A stretch of DNA of 63,575 bases, counting the filler, from Ministeria vibrans ATCC 50519 (lineage: Eukaryota; Protista; Filasterea), in the NCBI GenBank assembly GCA_943704425.1. It is 4 parts of 4 records of this genome, joined end to end, with 100 filler letters (N's around TTAATTAATTAA, not from the genome) between each part and the next. Parts side by side here need not be neighbours in the genome. Positions count along the whole stretch, not along the records: positions 1 to 5,660 come from CALSCP010000149.1; positions 5,761 to 21,216 come from CALSCP010000015.1; 2 more parts are not named here. One strand, 5' to 3'. Position 1 is the stretch's first letter; each line of letters opens with the position of its first letter. The translations under genes were made by a program, and so were the position numbers. A model generated the notes under the pieces. It saw only the letters and a program-made list of their open reading frames with translations, was not told the DNA's origin and made no database searches. This document shows, piece after piece, positions 1 to 13,418 of this stretch.

Positions 1-107
<107 letters not shown>

Positions 108-144
108 TAATTATAATTTAAAATATTTGATGGAGTGACATTAC

Positions 145-2110
145 CCTTCGAAGATATTTGAGTCTGGCTGCAACAGCATTGCGTTCGCGTCCCTCCATTT
201 CGCGCAATTGATCCTCAGTCAGTCCCTCCAAATCTACAATGGAGGTCGACGAGTGAGAGACGGAGGAAACGGGAATATAAAAAAGTGTTGTACTACCTTG
301 GTCAGTGAGGGGAGGGAGAAGTGGGGGAGCAGGGGAGAAGAGGGGAAAGGGAGAGGTGGAAGACGAAGGCATTGCGGGAGTGCTGGCGCCCACTCCCCAC
401 ATGGCATTGGGCGTGGGTGGCCATGGGATCGCACCTGACCCCAAAGTAAATGTTTCATGTAAGTGGCTCATAACAATAATAATAATATATTTTATGGTGT
501 TGTGTCTATGACTGTTAGTTAAATATGTACCTTCAGGGACTGCGTCGAATTGTTGATTATCGTGATTCGCGGTTGTCTGGGCATTGACGCGCGCCCCACC
601 ACCGCCAACACCAGCGACTGGTGGTGCTTGGGGGCCGACAGCCGGGGTGGGTGGGACGGGCGCAGGGGCGTCCTCAAAGACATTACGGCGGCATGTGGGG
701 CAGTGGGGCTGTTCCTCGAGCCACGATCGCAGACAGTGGCGATGGAAGATGTGGCCGCACGGCAGTCGCTTGGCCCCTGCGCCCGCTTCCATTTGGTCGC
801 GGCAAACAATGCACGTGTGACCTGCGCGCTCCAGCTGCTCGACAGTTGCGTCCTGATAGCGCTCGTTCATGTTGGCAGTGGCGCGACGGTACTGGATAAA
901 CTGATGGATGCGCTTGAAGAAGGAGCGGAAGGTCAGGTAGAGATCGCGCACAATGTGCAGCGGCATGCCATAGAACATCAAGATGATGAAGAAGAACGAA
1001 ATGTACACCAGCAGCTTTGACAGGTCTGCAAAAGCCATGAATCAGTAATAAACTATTATTAATTTATTATTCTTATTATATTTTTATATATTAATTTTAT
1101 GTTTTGTATGTTGTGTGTATGAATACCTGAGACGAGGTCGAGGTAAAAGACGTAGAGGCGCTTGTTCTCCCAGGGATTGATGCGGCGGTGGTCTGCGGCG
1201 TGCAACAGGTACTTGACAAAGTGCGATAGGAGCCCAATAGAGAGCACTGTGTACTCAAAGCCAAACAGGAGTTGCATGGAAGGACCAGTTGTGTAAAACG
1301 TTCTACATTTTGTAGTAAATAAAATGAATTATTATTACTATTGGCACTACTTTTGTTCTTTTTCGTCTTACTTGACGGCATACGTAACACCCACAACATC
1401 GACGGCACCCAAAATGGCCATAACCGTCAGCAGACGCACATGGTAGCCATAGCTCACCATGGTCGTTTGTTCAATGTGGTTGACGCGCGAATGGACGAGC
1501 CAATGGAAGATTTTTACAAAGAGTAGTAACGCAAAGAGAGCCACAAAGGTCCGATTAAACTCGTCTCGAAACACCGTCATGGCCAGTAGCGTCTCCGAGA
1601 CGGCATACCACGTTCGTTCGTATATCAACTGCGAGAATCAATGCAATAACATATTAGATTGGTGAATATTGTATTAGCAAAAACAATTGTTGCCAATGAG
1701 ATAACAAACAACATAAATAAATTATTGGTGAAGTGTCGTATCAGTCAAGACATAAACAACAATGAGATAACATTACATAAGACGAATGTAACAATTATAT
1801 ACATTGTGTGACTCACCTCAACTTCAAGCAGTCTGAGTTCACCAAAGAACAGACGCGTGAGCGCCTTTCCAAGCATGATTAGAAGGATAAATGACATATT
1901 ATACAGAGTCTACAGGGCGGAAAGAGAAGGAAAGACAAGAAGGAGAGAAAGAGTGAGGCAAGAGAGAGTGCGCGACGAACAACAGACAGAGTATGATGCT
2001 TCTGGCGCGCTGGAACGACATACGCAGCGGCCTCCCTCCCGCCACACTGCATCCCAAGCAATACAGTGCACACACACACACACATACACAAAACGACATT
2101 CTTCCACATC

Positions 2111-2141
<31 letters not shown>

Positions 2142-2329
2142 CTGTTGGACAATAGACGAGACGAGAAAAGTATGTTGACTTGTCTCACCAGCATAGCGCC
2201 GTTGCTGCGTGCCAGGTGGACCACTGACGGGTAGAACTGCTTCTTGGTCATCCACGTGTGCCCGATGTAGCCCACGGTGGCAGCAATGCTGCCTAGCAGG
2301 TAGGCGTTGGATTTCGACAGGATTGGCAT
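145..2329 (-). CDS. SYVN1: ERAD E3 ubiquitin ligase HRD1/synoviolin (multi-exon; 3' end outside window)
   Basis: KQFYPSVVHL, ERTWYAVSETLLAMTVFRD, LLFVKIFHWL, LLFGFEY, PLHIVRD, RING-H2 CIVCR...LPCGHIFHRHCLRSWLEEQPHCPTCR, C-terminal LTEDQLREMEGRER. Confidence 0.95.
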
Positions 2330-2574
2330 TGGCAACTGCAAGCGCAGCGAATCGACAAGAAGAGTCACCCGAGAAACAAGGCAAAAAGCGAAAAGGGAAG
2401 AGGGAATGCGAGAGAAGATTAAATAGGATGAGTCAAGTGACTTCAGAGTTGAACTCGACTGAGTCCCTGTTGAATAACTTGAATTTCGATTCGATTATTT
2501 TCGCTCATCAGTCATCTTTATTTCACACACACACACTGTCACACACACACACATTTTTTTTCTTAATTCTTACC

Positions 2575-2697
2575 ATGAACAACCTTGTGGAACTTGTGCC
2601 TGACGTGCGCGACAAATGCCCCACAGTTTCCAAATCTCTCTACCGCGACCCTCGCTACAAGGGAAACGCGTAAGGTGAACATTTGTCGCATGTTTTG

Positions 2698-2732
<35 letters not shown>

Positions 2733-3537
2733 ACCGTTCACAGGTCCGACCAGGCACAGCTGCTGAGCAAGTCGACGACGCTGTATGTCGGCAACGTGTC
2801 GTTTTACACGACGGAGGTGAGCAGACGCGCCGTTGTCGCGTGCTGTGCGTCCACTGACCCATTTTCGCTCTGTGCCAGCAACAACTGTTTGCGCTTTTCA
2901 GTCGCTGTGGCGCCATCCGTAGAATAATCATTGGGCTTGACCGCGTCAAAAAGACCCCTTGTGGCTTTGCCTTTGTCGAGTAAGGCGGAGACGAGTCAGG
3001 AAGGAATCTCAACCGACACTTTGTGTTTTTTTTTTTCGCAGATACATTTTGCGCGACGATGCCGAGAAGTGTCTCAAGTACATCAATGGCATGACGCTTG
3101 ACGAACGGGCAATTCGCTGTGACTGGGATGTTGGATTTGAAGAGGGTCGACAGTACGGACGAGGGCGTGCGGGGGGACAGGTGCGCGACGAGTTTCGCAG
3201 TGGGTACGACGAAGGACGCGGTGGGTACTCACGCGCCGCCCAATTCCCTCCTGTTGGTGGTGGTGGTGGTGGCGGGCGTCATCGGCATTCTTCAAACCCG
3301 TTTGTATCTGGAGCTGGTGGCGAGGCGGTGCGAAGGGCTCCGTCGATGGTTCAGAAGCGGAGACGGAGCGACGACGGGAGTCAAGGGGAGGAGGAGGGTG
3401 AGCACCAGAGTAAAAGATCAAAGGGAGCTGAGGACGAAGAGGAAGAGAGAAAAGAGGAGGAAGAGGAAGAAGGAGCTCTGTGTGAAGAATCAAGAGGAGA
3501 AGAAGAAGCGGAGGAGGAGGGACAAAAAGATGAATAA
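2575..3537 (+). CDS. NCBP2: Nuclear cap-binding protein subunit 2 (CBP20)
   Basis: [33 protein letters not shown]|[28 protein letters not shown]; 4 exons. Confidence 0.97.
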
Positions 3538-3715
3538 AACTCTGCTTTTTTTTTCTTACACACATTCTGTACATCAACCACTCTTTGTTTCTCTATCACG
3601 GTGTTTCTTTCTCTCCATCACTTTGTTTTTCCCCCTCTCTATCGCTTTGTTTCTTTTCCCTCCCTCTGTCTCTCTCTATCGCTTTGTTTCTTTCTCTCTT
3701 CAAACTCCATCTCTC

Positions 3716-4741
3716 TTATGACACGAATTGATAGGCAAGAAAGACGGCAAGAGAAGCGGCACAGAGCATGACAACAGTGGGTGTGAATATGACATAGGAG
3801 GGGCGCACCGAGTGCATGTACGACAGCACCTGCTCCTCGAGACTCGCCAGCGTCCCTGTGTTGTCTAATACTCGATGGGCGCGTTTGCACTTCTCAGCCA
3901 ACGGCATTTGTGAATTGATTCGCTGCAATGCCGCTTCACGTGTCACACTGTCGCGTGCCATTAAACGAGCAATTTCAGTTTCCTCGTCACTAAGTAGATA
4001 GATAGATAGATAGAGATAGAGAGAGAGAGAAACAAAGTGATAAAGAGAGAAAAACAAAGTGATAGAGAGAGAGAGAAACAAAGTGATAGAGAGAAGTGAT
4101 TAGTAAAACAGCACAACAACAACAACAACTCCGATTAGTACCAGTACACAACAGCAACCTGACTGCAAATGTTCGCCAAATGTCGACTCTCGTAGAGGAG
4201 CGGTGCGTCCAGAACGACAATTTCGGCGCCTTGCCACCAATGCTTCAACGCAACAGTGCCCCACATGAATACCACATCTCTCACGTTTCCTGCGTCCTTA
4301 CCCGCAACAGCTGCCGAACAATCTCGTGGATAATAGCCGGATGCATGATTCTACGCGGAAGCGGTATCAGAGCAATGCGATCAGAAGGCGCGCGAGGCGT
4401 TGAGCAAACCTGTTGAGAGCAGATCGTTTCGCTGCACTCGCAAAAATCAAGTTGCCCAACGCTGTGCGATTCAGCGTGCCATCGTCGGCAATGACGACGT
4501 CACCAAAGGTCTGCGCAATCTGCTTCAGGGCCTTGCTGCCTGGCTCGACCACTAGAACAAGAGGAATCAGTCCAGCAGCCCTGTGGGTTGAGTGAGTGCC
4601 CCAAATGTGATATGTGTTACCCATTCGAGCAATCACATCCGAATCAATCACGGGAATAGTCGGCACCACCTTTTCCGCAATGATTTTCACCACGGATGAC
4701 TTGCCGCACGCAATGCCTCCCGTCAGGCCAATAATTTTCAT
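3716..4741 (-). CDS. DCAKD: Dephospho-CoA kinase domain protein
   Basis: IIGLTGGIACGKS P-loop, IDSDVIAR, LNRTALGNLIF, RLMARD...RINSQMPL, C-terminal TM segment. Confidence 0.93.
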
Positions 4742-4818
4742 GGCGAAAGGGCGAAAAGAAAAGTAATTCTAAAATTCTAAAATTCCCTAATTTCTATTCT
4801 CTATTCTTTCTATTATTT

Positions 4819-4856
<38 letters not shown>

Positions 4857-4944
4857 TATTAATAATTATATTATTACTAATTTCTTTTTTATTCCTTCTT
4901 CTTCTATTATTATAATTTTAATATCAACCGTTTCTTATTATGGT

Positions 4945-5650
4945 TCAGGCATCGACGTGAATGTAGTTAGCCGGGAAAATGCCAGTGACGCCGTTGAGCT
5001 CTCCTTCCCACCAGTCATTTTGTGAGGGCGTTTTTGTCAGAAGAGTGATTGAGTCGCCAGCAGAGAAGCTCAGGTCACCGTCCTCGGCAGAAGAAAAGTC
5101 AAAGAGGGCGTGTGCGGTGCCGACAGGGAGAGGAGCTTCCGCAACAGGGACATCATCCATGGAAGCCGGAGGATACATGGCGGTGGGTGCTGCTGCTGCT
5201 GGTGGTGGTGGTGGTGCTGCTGCTGCGGGGGGGTACATGGTGGTGGCAGCCGGTGGGGGATACGCTGAGCTGGCGGACGAGTCCCACGAATCGGCAGTGG
5301 AATGAGGAGGATAGGCAGACGAGACGGAGGACCACGTTGACGCTGTTGACGTCGTCGATGAGGGCGCAGGCACACGCTTCTTGGCCACCACAGGCGCCGA
5401 GCCCCATGCTTCAACTACAATACAAATGTACACAAGGACATAATGAACATACTTAGTATGATGATAGTACTATTACTACTACTCCGTACGCGATGCTGTG
5501 GTGGCGTTTGTGGCCGTCCACTCGGACGTGTCCGCCTTGACCTGATGCTTGGGACCGGGCACTACGATGTCCAGCTTGGTGGTCGACGCCTGTCCTGCCG
5601 ACGACATGGTGTAGTTGCGCTCCCATGCCTTAGGTACGGTTGCTGAGACC
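4945..5650 (-). CDS. Proline-rich protein with C-terminal SH3 domain (5' part lost in gap)
   Basis: ALFDFSSAEDGDLSFSAGDSITLLTKT..WWEGELNGVTGIFPANYI preceded by YPP repeats. Confidence 0.85.
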
Positions 5651-5660
5651 AGAAAAAAAA

Positions 5661-5760
5661 NNNNNNNNNNNNNNNNNNNNNNNNNNNNNNNNNNNNNNNN
5701 NNNNTTAATTAATTAANNNNNNNNNNNNNNNNNNNNNNNNNNNNNNNNNNNNNNNNNNNN
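5661..5760. other. Assembly linker (N-run with TTAATTAATTAA)
   Basis: 100 nt with stops in all six frames; same linker at 21217-21316 and 44034-44133. Confidence 0.95.
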
Positions 5761-5878
<118 letters not shown>

Positions 5879-5932
5879 TTTTGTTTATTATTAATATTAA
5901 TTTTAATTTTTGGGGGGTTCTCGTTGTTGTAG

Positions 5933-7726
5933 AACCAATCGGAAGTTGCCACGGGACTGCAGGTGTTTCAAAACCTGGGGAAAATGGTTGAGGTGGTGCT
6001 GACGATGGTGGAGCGACTGGACCGGGGAGTGCGGACGGCGATTGAGACAACAGTGCGGGGCGGGGGCGGGGGCTCGAGCGGGGACGGGACAACAACGCCG
6101 GCGTGGCGGGCGGGCCTGTGGATCCGCATGGAGAAACTCATGGATACGCTCTATGCTAGTGTTGTGCGCAGCTACTATCTTGAGCGCGTGCTAAGTCGCC
6201 GTCGCGACCCGACAACGCCGACACGCTCGTTCCTCGACCAACTGCCGCACGACCAGCAGAGTTTGGTGCGCCACGCATGGAAGGGAGTTACTTCCGTGCT
6301 CCAGCGCGAGCTCACAGCTCTGGCCGAATCGTCCGCGTCGTCCTCATCGGCCGTGCGTCTTGCCTTTGACAGCGAATACACTAAATTGCTGCGGGTGTGC
6401 ACGTCTCTGTTGACGCGTGTGCGTCAGCATGTGGGCGAGCCTACCGCCACGACCAACGCAGCTACCACGGCGACGACAATGTGGGACGTGACGTGGGCCG
6501 ACGAGCAATTGCGACTTGCCTTGCGCGTGTTTGAACGGTCGTTTCTTACCAAGAGCCTCCGGCGCATGTTTGAGCCGATTGGCATTGCGTTTCCCGAGCA
6601 CGCACGCAGCGCTCCGACCAACGCCGACGTGGACACGATTTGTCTGACACTCATGGGTGACCTTCGCGCCGTTGCCGACGACCCGCTGCTGTCAGGGCTC
6701 GTCGCACACAACGTCCACAAGGCCCTTCGTCTGTTTGCACAGCGTGCCGAACAGCTCGTGGCAACCGACCGTGACGCAACGGCCGTGTCGGGCCCGTGCA
6801 CTGGCTCGCAGAGTCGCAATATTGCGCTGGCGAATGCACTAGCGCACCTGTGCACTGTCATCCGCGGCCACGAATCGACCTCTGCGGCAGTGCGCGACGT
6901 GATTGTGACGGGTCTCGACGAGGCACAGACACAAGTAGAGGCGATTGTGTCGCCGCTTCTCACGGCCATTGACGAGCACACTCGGTCACTATTGGCGTCG
7001 ATGCACTCGGGCGAGCTTAGTCGCGAGGACGGCACCACTACAACAAATGACTCGGATGCGACTAGTGCATCCTCCGCGGAGGCCAGTCGAGAGCGGCCCG
7101 CCAGCAAGTACATGAACGAACTTCGAGTCTTTTTGGCGCACGCTCACTCGGAGTTGCTGGTGCGCTTCCGTGTTGATTCCATTCTGAGCAGTTGGGCACG
7201 ACGTCTAAGTGTGTTTCTGATGCGCGCTTGTTGTGCTCACGCTGTCATGGTGCGCCCACTTGGTCGCGACGGGCGTCTCCAACTCGCTGCGGATCTGTCG
7301 GCGCTTGAGTCGACGTGTGCACCGCTGCTCTCACTTGCGCGCGTGCGTTCGCTCAAGCAACTTGATGCCACGGCTTTTGCCCACATTCGTGCGATCAAGG
7401 CACTGCTTTTCACCGACAACGATTCGGTGGTGGCCTGGCTTGAGCAGTACGAAGGCACGGCGAAGGAACAGCCGCAAGGAATCTCAAGTTTACGCCTTCT
7501 TGCTTGTCTCCATCTCTTTTCGCGCGGACCCTCATCGATGCAGGCGCCTCATCAGCGTGCGCAACGCTCACCGGCCGAGCTGGTCGTGTGGTTACAGGAG
7601 CACACGCAAACGGAGTCGCTTGCGCTGGCCAAGGCCGCCATCGATGCTTATGTACGCGACGCGGATGCAGCAGGGGCCACCGAGTACGCTGAGGTGTATC
7701 CGTTGCTCAAACAGCTGCTTGTATAA
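5933..7726 (+). CDS. COG5: Conserved oligomeric Golgi complex subunit 5 (last exon; 5' part in gap)
   Basis: NQSEVATGLQVFQNLG, LERVLSRRRDP, FLTKSLRRMFEPI, VRPLGRDGRLQLAADL, YAEVYPLL. Confidence 0.9.
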   Translation, partial: NQSEVATGLQVFQNLGKMVEVVLTMVERLDRGVRTAIETTVRGGGGGSSGDGTTTPAWRAGLWIRMEKLMDTLYASVVRSYYLERVLSRRRDPTTPTRSFLDQLPHDQQSLVRHAWKGVTSVLQRELTALAESSASSSSAVRLAFDSEYTKLLRVCTSLLTRVRQHVGEPTATTNAATTATTMWDVTWADEQLRLALRVFERSFLTKSLRRMFEPIGIAFPEHARSAPTNADVDTICLTLMGDLRAVADDPLLSGLVAHNVHKALRLFAQRAEQLVATDRDATAVSGPCTGSQSRNIALANALAHLCTVIRGHESTSAAVRDVIVTGLDEAQTQVEAIVSPLLTAIDEHTRSLLASMHSGELSREDGTTTTNDSDATSASSAEASRERPASKYMNELRVFLAHAHSELLVRFRVDSILSSWARRLSVFLMRACCAHAVMVRPLGRDGRLQLAADLSALESTCAPLLSLARVRSLKQLDATAFAHIRAIKALLFTDNDSVVAWLEQYEGTAKEQPQGISSLRLLACLHLFSRGPSSMQAPHQRAQRSPAELVVWLQEHTQTESLALAKAAIDAYVRDADAAGATEYAEVYPLLKQLLV

Positions 7727-8045
7727 ACAAACTTTGTTTCTCTCTTAAAACTAATACTAAAATAATAATAGACAACTACGATTATTACAGATTCATAGAT
7801 GATTCATATCTCTTAAAAACCGCGACCGCCGCCAAGTTCTCATGGTCCATGGACTCTTGGGGATTCGGTTATTTTGGTACTTGATAGTCGCACGGCCTGC
7901 AGTTACGTTTCTGCTTCGTACCGTGAGTGATCTTGTATGTGGTGATCTTCCATATCATTGCTGTTAAATAATTGATAACAACATTAGTGATTAGGCATTA
8001 AAATAATTAAAATATTAATATTTTCCACTTGTACGCATCGGCACG

Positions 8046-8278
8046 ATGACCACTTGGGTGCGACACAAGGTGTCGAAGAAGAAGAAGCGCTTCGAGGCGG
8101 ACGGCTATGACCTAGATCTTGCCTGTAAGGCGTCGTGTGACCAAACCTCCTTTTGTGCGCCTCCCGCCTCTTCTCAGCTCGCAATCCGTCCACCTTGACT
8201 TGAATTCAAGGGAACAGTTGCTCCATAAGTCGTAGATCACTGTCGTTTGCTCGCGTACACTGCATAAGGGGAAAGGGC

Positions 8279-8329
<51 letters not shown>

Positions 8330-10829
8330 AATGATGCAAAATGAAGCTGAGCCATCGCGATCGATTTGCGCGAGGAGTGCGCCTGCCCCGCATGCCTCCG
8401 CGGGGTCTAGCGATGGCTGGGCCTGCGGGGTCTTCATCCGCGGTCGTGCAAATGTCGCGAAAGGCGTCAAGCACACTTCGCCTTGTGGCAAACGTCGCAT
8501 TTTGGCCTCACTCTCGCCTGCGCCAACACAAGCTGCTGCTCATTGACACTCGCCCGCTTTCTTGTAGACATCACTGACAACATTATTGCGATGGGATTCC
8601 CCTCCGAAAAGGTCGAGGGGATGTACCGCAATCCGATGGACGAGGTGAAGCGGTAAGAACACAAAAATGACAGTTGCCTTGCCGCACCTCCCCGCACGCC
8701 CGCCCCTCACCGCCCCCCCACTCTTTCACCCGCTGGGGCACATTGTACATGTGGAACACGCGGAACATCCTGCATATTCCCTAGGGAGTGTAGAGAGTTC
8801 ATCTATTGACATGACTAATAATAATTACTATGTTCTTTTTGGTTTTGTGGTGGTGGTGTAGGTTTTTGAACGAGCGACACGCCAACCACTACCACATTTA
8901 CAACCTGTGCTCCGAGCGACAGTATGACCCCGAACAGTTTGACCACCGGGTTGCAAGATATGGCTTTGACGATCACAATGCGCCACCCTTTGACCTGTTC
9001 AAACCGTTCTGCCAAGATGTAACCATATTTCTTATTATTAATGCGTGGTGTTATGCCTTGTTGTTGGATTGGGGATGTCAATATCTGCTGCACTGTATGT
9101 TTAACTTGAGATTATATTATTATTATTATTATTTCATTATTTTATTGACTCCTTTTGTTGTGTATAGGTGGATGAGTTTCTGAACGACGATGCGCGTAAC
9201 GTGGTGGTTGTGCACTGCAAGGCCGGCAAGGGCCGGACGGGCGTCATGATTGTGGCGTATCTGCTGCACTCGGGGCGTTTCACTGATCCCGAGGAGGCCA
9301 TGGAGTTTTATGGGAAACAGCGCACGTACAACGGCAAGGGTGTCACCATTCCGTCGCAACGGCGGTACATTGGCTACTACGCACAGCTGTTGCGCGAACA
9401 GCTGCTCTACTCGCGCGTCACCGCCCTCCTCGTCACACTGCGCATGCACAACGTGCCTCTCTTTGCCTGCAGTACGCTACTTGCATCACCATTGAGATTA
9501 CAGTGTATTCATTCATCACTTGCATTGCGTAGAGCCCTTTTTCACTGTCAAACTTTACCGCATGAAAATCTTCAAGTCGGTTGTCATTGAGGTATGACAG
9601 AATATGAGAGGGAGAGAGGAGGGAGAAAGAAACAAAAAGTGATGCAGAGATTGGCTGAGAAGCACCTGTGAGAGGAAGAGATGTACAAGTGTTTTGAATA
9701 TGGGATTGGTTGGATGTAGAATGCGAAGAAGGACCATGCGCACATCACGTTTAACTTGGAGACACCCCTGCCGCTCTGTGGTGACATCAAGTTTGATGTG
9801 TTCAGCATGGCAGGGCTGCTTGGGAATTCAGTGGTACGATTTATTTTGTTATTTGTGTTGGTGTCTGTTGTTGGCATTAAGTTGATGAAAGGAAACGTTG
9901 AAAAAATTGTGATGGCAACGTTGATTGTGTTGTATCTTCTATCTCTTTGTTCTCTCTGTGTCAGTTGTCTGCGACGTCTTTGTTCTTGATGTGCCACTCT
10001 TATAGCACGCGTCGTGACTCACTTCTCTTCTGCTTATGTTTGCAGGAAAAGATGTTCCACTTTTGGATCAACACCTTCTTCATTCACGACCATCAGATTG
10101 TGCTCACCAAGCCCGAGATCGACAAGGTACACCTCACTTTGTTTTTCTCCTCTGTGTGCGCGGCGTCTCTCTCTGACACTCTGCCACCGACCCGTCATTC
10201 TTCATATATAGGCCCACAAGGACAAGAAGCACAAGAAGTACCCTGAGAATTTCAAGGTGGAGCTGCTGTTCATTCCGACGGGCCTTGAGAACGACGTCCC
10301 GCGCACCGCCCATGTCACACCCGCTCCCACACCCATACCTGCTGCTACCACTACCTCTACCACTACCACTGCCACTGCCACTGCCACTACCGCTCCCACG
10401 TCTGCCACGGCCTCAACCCTTACAGCAGCCACTTCAGACATGGCGGCCAAATCAGACACGTCTCTCGACCCGCCGAAGAACAAGGAGGAGCTCAAGACAA
10501 TGGCGGCTGCGCTCCAAGCTGAGGCTCGCTCTGTCCAAGAGGCTGCCGAGTCCGCTCACGATCCCGAGATGGCCGACAAAGCCAAGCGGGTGCTCGACTC
10601 GGCCGGCGACCTCGTCAGTCGCACCTCTGCCCCCGAGGTAGACACCGTTGCTGAGTCCGCTGCCGCGCAGACAGACGTGCCCCAATCCCAGTCTGTAACA
10701 GAGCCAGCAGCCGAAGCTGTCGTCGAGGCTGCTGCTGTTGAAGCTGCCGCCGAAGTTGCCCCCGAACCCGCGGCGTCCAACGACGCTGATGAAGAGGCCG
10801 CCAAACCGCAACCCGGCACCGCCGTGTGA
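8046..10829 (+). CDS. PTEN: PIP3 3-phosphatase PTEN
   Basis: VSKKKKRFEADGYDLDLA|YITDNIIAMGFP, YRNP, IYNLCSER, FDDHNAPP, HCKAGKGRTG, GVTIPSQRRY, C2 domain (CGDIKF, MFHFWINTFF, EIDK). Confidence 0.97.
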
Positions 10830-11272
10830 GATGCGAATAAAAATATAATAGAAAATTTTGTCTTTTTCAATCTGTTTGATAAAATCATAAGAATATCTCG
10901 ATTCTCTATTATTATTATTATTATTATTATTATTTTCTTTATCTATTTATTTTTCTAATAGAAAAACTTTTCTTTTTTCAATATGCAAACGATGTGCCTC
11001 TGCTTTTCCAATCGCCATATTGAAAAGAAATAGTATACCAATAATTCTATTTTTTCGATACTAACTATATCAGAATAAAAATAGTGAACAGGGCCGCCTA
11101 CCTCAAGCGGATGAATTCACTGCGGATGTTGAAAGAACCGATCGTTGTCCCAAGAATGTCCCTAAGGAGAGATTTGACTCATTTGACTGAAAAGTGAAAA
11201 AGTGAAAATGAAAAGTACAAAATCCAAATTTTTTTAACAATATTCTGAGTGCACCACTGCTTGTTCCCGAGA

Positions 11273-12161
11273 ATGCTGGCTTCCTTAACTCGATTAGCGA
11301 CTGCTGGGCGGCTGAGCTCCGTTGTGACAGTTGCGGCACAACGACTGGCTTCGTTTCATACGTATGCAATGGGCGACATGACATCCCTTGAAAAGCACTC
11401 TCATGTGCTTCCCCAGCACTGATGTGCTGCTGGACCAACCACCTCGTCCAGACCCCTCCCCGCCACGCCCCCCCCTTTGCCTCCTTTTCACCCCTCTACG
11501 CGTTGCTTTTCGTCTTCTTTTTTTCTCTCCATCAGATCGCCGACGAGCGCAGCGGATCCACCCCCAAACCCGCTCGATTCGATGAAGAAGGGAGAGTTCT
11601 TCTTTGGCGAGGGACTCTCAACGGATGAACTGCCGACGGGAGAGCCTGCCGCCTTGAAATCCGAAGCGCCAAAATCGGTACAGGACAAGACGCACTCTGT
11701 CCCCTTCGCACTCACTCTCTTCTTTCTCGCAACCGACAGATTTCAAGCACGGTCAGACAGCTCACAGGCAGCTTTATGAAAGTGAACATTCCAGCACAAA
11801 TCATTCGCGGGCTGCGTGTTGACGCAGCCATCAATCAAATGCGTTTTGCCGAACAGCGGCCAGCCGGCGATATTCTCAACGTACGCAAGTCTCTTCTGTC
11901 CCTGACCACGCCACTTCAACCCTCGTGTCTTGTGCCTGTAGGCTCTCATTAATCTGCGAGACGAGGCGAAATCGAAAGGAATGGACGTGTCAGACTTGTA
12001 TGTGAGCCAGTCGTACGCGACCAAAGGCTCGATGTTTCGTCAGCGCATCATCTACAAAGCTCGAGGTCGAGGTTACAGAATCCTAAGGTACGAGTGTGAT
12101 CTATTATTAATTTATATAATATATATAATATTTATTATATATTTTATGTATTAGTTTTTGT

Positions 12162-12198
<37 letters not shown>

Positions 12199-12469
12199 TG
12201 TGTCCTAACGATACGACTTTAATGTCATAGGCATCAGGCACACTATCACCTTGAGCTTTGTCAAGGACCCGTACCTCTGACAATCAAAGAACAGCGCAAA
12301 AAGGACCCGCTCAACCACTGGCGACGGAAATCAACACTTGATCATGTGGTACTGACTGCCCTGAGACACACTTCACACACCCAACACCCTTCACTCACCA
12401 CCCTTCTTCCCCCTCACAGGCCAATCCAATGACCGTCCGAAATTGCTGAGAGCTCAATCACGTGTATAA
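11273..12469 (+). CDS. MRPL22: Mitochondrial ribosomal protein L22
   Basis: Arg/Ser/Ala-rich presequence MLASLTRLATAGRLSS; IRGLRVDAAINQMRF; LYVSQSYATKGSMFRQRIIYKARGRGYRILR. Confidence 0.8.
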
Positions 12470-12549
12470 TGAATGACCAATAAGAAAAATAAATAACAAG
12501 TGGGGATTTTAGTTTCGAATTGGTTTTTCTGTCTCAGTCTCATATTCCC

Positions 12550-13110
12550 TATCCTGAATCCTTGAATACTGAAATCCCGATTGAGTCATCATCAGTCTTC
12601 TTCTCAAAACTCTTCCCAGGAGAGAAGAGCATTCCATACACGCAACTCTTCACTTTGTCGCTTCCCATTTTCTATTATTATTATGCTATTATTATATTAT
12701 TAGCGTGATTGATAATAAATTGGAAATGTCTTCTCCTTCTTATTATTAGCGTTATTAAGCGCGGTTGACTGCAATCTCGCACGACATTCACAATTTCTTC
12801 TTCCTCCATAAAGTGCCAAAGTGCATCTCCAAAGTCTCCTTGCAGAGCTGCGTTTTCTGTTTCGTTCAAATTTTTAATGTGAGGTGCGAGTACCGGACCA
12901 GTTTGTTCACTGAAATGGAGAATAAAAAAGGGAAAATCAAAATGAATCCATAATATTATGGTCGTATTTTAGTGTCTGAGATGCGCGAACGCTCGATTAC
13001 ATGATCTTACCTGGCTTTCTTGAAAGCAACTAGGAATTGTTCATACTTCTGCTTCGTCCATCCTGGCCCTGCCAGCCAAATCTTCCTCTGAGTTCTTCGG
13101 GAGGGTGATA
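12550..13110 (-). CDS. Putative spliced hypothetical protein
   Basis: Exon-like blocks (WLAGPGWTKQKYEQFLVAFKKA|GTAAG donor; EQTGPVLAPHIKNLNETENAALQGDFGDALWHF); no family recognised, ends approximate. Confidence 0.3.
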
Positions 13111-13418
13111 TAAGATAAGATAATAATAATAAGAAGAAGAATACAACCCATATTCATGATACAGTAATAATAAGATACGTAAGTTGTCATCCTCCTTTTT
13201 CATACATTTGTTTCACTTTGATTAAAAGACTTGGAGGCCAAAAATTATAATTCTTAGCATTTAGCGAATTTAGCAAGGAGCCTAAAAGTCGTCGAGTAGT
13301 AAAATGCCTGGATATTGTACAGTTGTAAGCATTGATCGAAACCTCTATTTCTTTTCATTACGACGAGTAATTCATTCTTTCTCACACACTTTCGAAATCA
13401 CTTCAAAATGCAAGATAA

